Shown: in pieces, positions 62,401-64,000 of the stretch | Numbering within the stretch: the stretch's first letter is position 1 | Layout: each line of letters opens with the position of its first letter | Assembly: GCA_965178125.1 (NCBI GenBank) | Contig: OZ237744.1 | Span: 434,001 to 498,000, forward strand | DNA: 64,000 nt | Direction of reading: 5' to 3' | From: Bilabrum cf. latius | Lineage: Eukaryota | Program-made: the position numbers and the translations under genes | Notes under the pieces: generated by a model | Databases searched by the model: none | What the model was told of the DNA's origin: nothing | What the model saw: the letters and a program-made list of their open reading frames with translations, nothing else

Positions 62401-63077
62401 CCGATCGATGGCTCGTTACCAGGGGTTGGTACGAAGGTTACGTTGGCATCAAGCAGCATGGTTTTGTTAGTGTCCATCCAGCCGGTGATGCTGATTGTAG
62501 AGAACGCGTACCCAAACCGCATACTACGGTTGAATGAGTCGTCTTGCGGACTGGATTGAAGACCTGCCTCGCACCAGGTGCTTCCACTGCGGGTGATTTC
62601 TGCAAACTCCCCGCACATGCCTGCGTGCAAATCGGAATCAGCAGTTGCACTTTGCCAGCTCAAGGTCACCTGTCCGAAACCTTGCTGCTCGTGGGCAAAC
62701 TTGCCGATCCTGTCGATGCTGCTGATTAGATGCGGTCCACCCTCGTCAGAACGGACTTCCATACCACCGAACTAGTTCGCAACAAGGACCAGGCGCTCGT
62801 TCGCTACCTGGAACCACTGCTCGTTCGGAAGCTTGACTAGTTCGTTGATACTCGACAACGAAGCTTTTCTTCGAGGTACGATAGACGTGGGCCCGAGCTG
62901 CACACCATGATGCGAATAAATAGGAGCATATGAGTCATCATCAAGGGCCCAATCACCGAAGGATCCGCCACCAAACGAGTAGTTCGAATCTTGGGCAACC
63001 GCGAATGCACGGACAGATCCTGACACAGCAGCAAATACCACAAAGACGGTTGAAATTGTGCAATACTGATAAATCAT
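59475..63077 (-). CDS. Secreted GH94/six-hairpin glycosidase- or phosphorylase-like protein (1,200 aa), intronless
   Basis: Six fragments in one frame joined by 7 TAGs (62772, 62373, 62280, 61035, 60678, 60642, 60450). Signal peptide; RDPLQHAMPL; PSDQELWL; GQHGIMRLQTSDWSD; ESVLN; ENGGVW; WAGIWSSADS. The family call is inference from motif resemblance. Confidence 0.65.
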
Positions 63078-63209
63078 GTTTTTAATCAGCAGAAGTAGTC
63101 GGCCCAATCAGGAATACTAGGTAGGCTATGCAACGAAGTGCAGTTTTGAGCATAAGACCATGTAATATCATGTAGGTATATATACGCATTTATGACCCTT
63201 TCGACAAGC

Positions 63210-63281
63210 TCCGTAATGGTGTAATGGTTAGCATATCTGGCTCTCACTCAGGTAATCCGGGTTCAATTCCCGGTTACGGAA
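63210..63281 (+). tRNA. tRNA-Glu (anticodon CTC)
   Basis: Acceptor TCCGTAA/TTACGGA; anticodon arm TCTGG-CTCTCAC-TCAGG; T arm CCGGG-TTCAATT-CCCGG. T6 terminator follows. Confidence 0.9.
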
Positions 63282-63595
63282 ATTTTTTGTTATCGACTGC
63301 TCGCTGCTACTCGTTAGTTTTTTCTTTCCTTGCGCCGTCCCGCTTCCCCTTATTCCTGTGCATTCACCGCACTCTCTCGCCTCGGGGCTGTGTGCGTGGG
63401 GGCCGCGCTCGCGATGGCCGGGTGTTGCGCGGCGGGTCCGGCGCTGCAGGCGGAGGTATTAGTAGCCTGTGCCGTCGAATTGTAGTACCAACTGCAGAGC
63501 ACATTAGCATGCTTCAAGGATACTTACGTACTGCACTGCCGTCACTGTTTGGTTCAAGCAGCATCATTTATAAATAACATATAGGGAAGCAGCCC

Positions 63596-64000
63596 TCACG
63601 AGTACTCCTCGTCGATCTCGACCCGCACAGGCGACAAGTCCCAGTCCACCACGTCTTCTCCATGCGAGCTACCGTCCGGTCCTTGCTCTGCAGCCGCCGC
63701 AGACACCTCCGGGGGCACTCCGAACTGCCCCACGCTCGCTGCGTGCCTGCTTCGCAAGGAGTCCTCCGGCCCGGCATGGCCGCGGCCCTCCTAAACCTTG
63801 CTGTCGTGCCCTGACTCTCCCCGCGCTCTGCGGCTGTCACCTTCGGCCAATGCTCGGTCTCGGTCGTCGGTCCCCGCAGATGCACCCGCCGCTTCCAGCG
63901 CATTCCACAGCGCCACGTACCTTGCAGCAAGCGATTTCTCTAGCCCTGACAGCGCCAGCACCCCAGATCGGACACGGGCACGACTCCGCGCCAGCTCCAC
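63596..64000 (-). CDS. 3' end of a gene entering from the right (partial, unknown product)
   Basis: Open frame from the window edge through a TAG at 63791 to TGA at 63596. Confidence 0.5.

Noticed and set aside
63210-63281. Possible amber-suppressor tRNA
   Set aside because: The anticodon is CTC (Glu), not CTA, with a typical tRNA-Glu TCC start. No CUA-anticodon tRNA is present in this window.
247-64000. Mass pseudogenisation as the explanation for the fragmented ORFs
   Set aside because: Interruptions are exclusively TAG, frames are preserved over up to 9 kb, catalytic motifs are intact, and essential genes are affected.
247-64000. TAG as Leu, Glu, Tyr or pyrrolysine, or TAGs as splice acceptors of tiny introns
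   Set aside because: Informative positions match Gln, and the internal duplicate has CAG. The TAGs I traced keep frame and homology on both sides with no need for an intron, and the recognised introns end in CAG.

Overview
This is gene-dense, GC-rich eukaryotic nuclear DNA with short GT-AG introns. It looks like a heterotrophic protist, but the lineage cannot be fixed from this window. The main discovery is a non-standard genetic code: TAG is a sense codon read as glutamine, while TGA and TAA still act as stops. I located more than 70 in-frame TAGs across nearly every gene. Several sit at conserved Gln positions, and one aligns with CAG in an otherwise synonymous-only 295-bp duplicate inside the window. 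Read with TAG=Gln, the fragmented ORF track collapses into about 19 coherent genes: a beta-helix carbohydrate enzyme, GH65, SulP/STAS, an EF-hand-CorA fusion, a HAD-like protein, DCAF8-like WD40, a small hypothetical protein, a secreted glycosidase-like protein, VPS24/CHMP3, a ~3,040-aa BRCA2 with 9 near-identical BRC repeats and a RanBP2 finger, CCDC93, a giant myristoylated EF-hand protein, NSUN2, a RING-TM protein, Cys-type SelT, DNPH1, a GH94-like protein and a partial gene at the right edge. There are two tRNAs (Gly-TCC, Glu-CTC). A ~5.3-kb insert lies between duplicated copies of a gene's 3' end and carries a P-loop NTPase + restriction-endonuclease-like (Crinkler/RHS-type) ORF that uses the same code. 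Protein identities come from my recall of family motifs; no database search was run.
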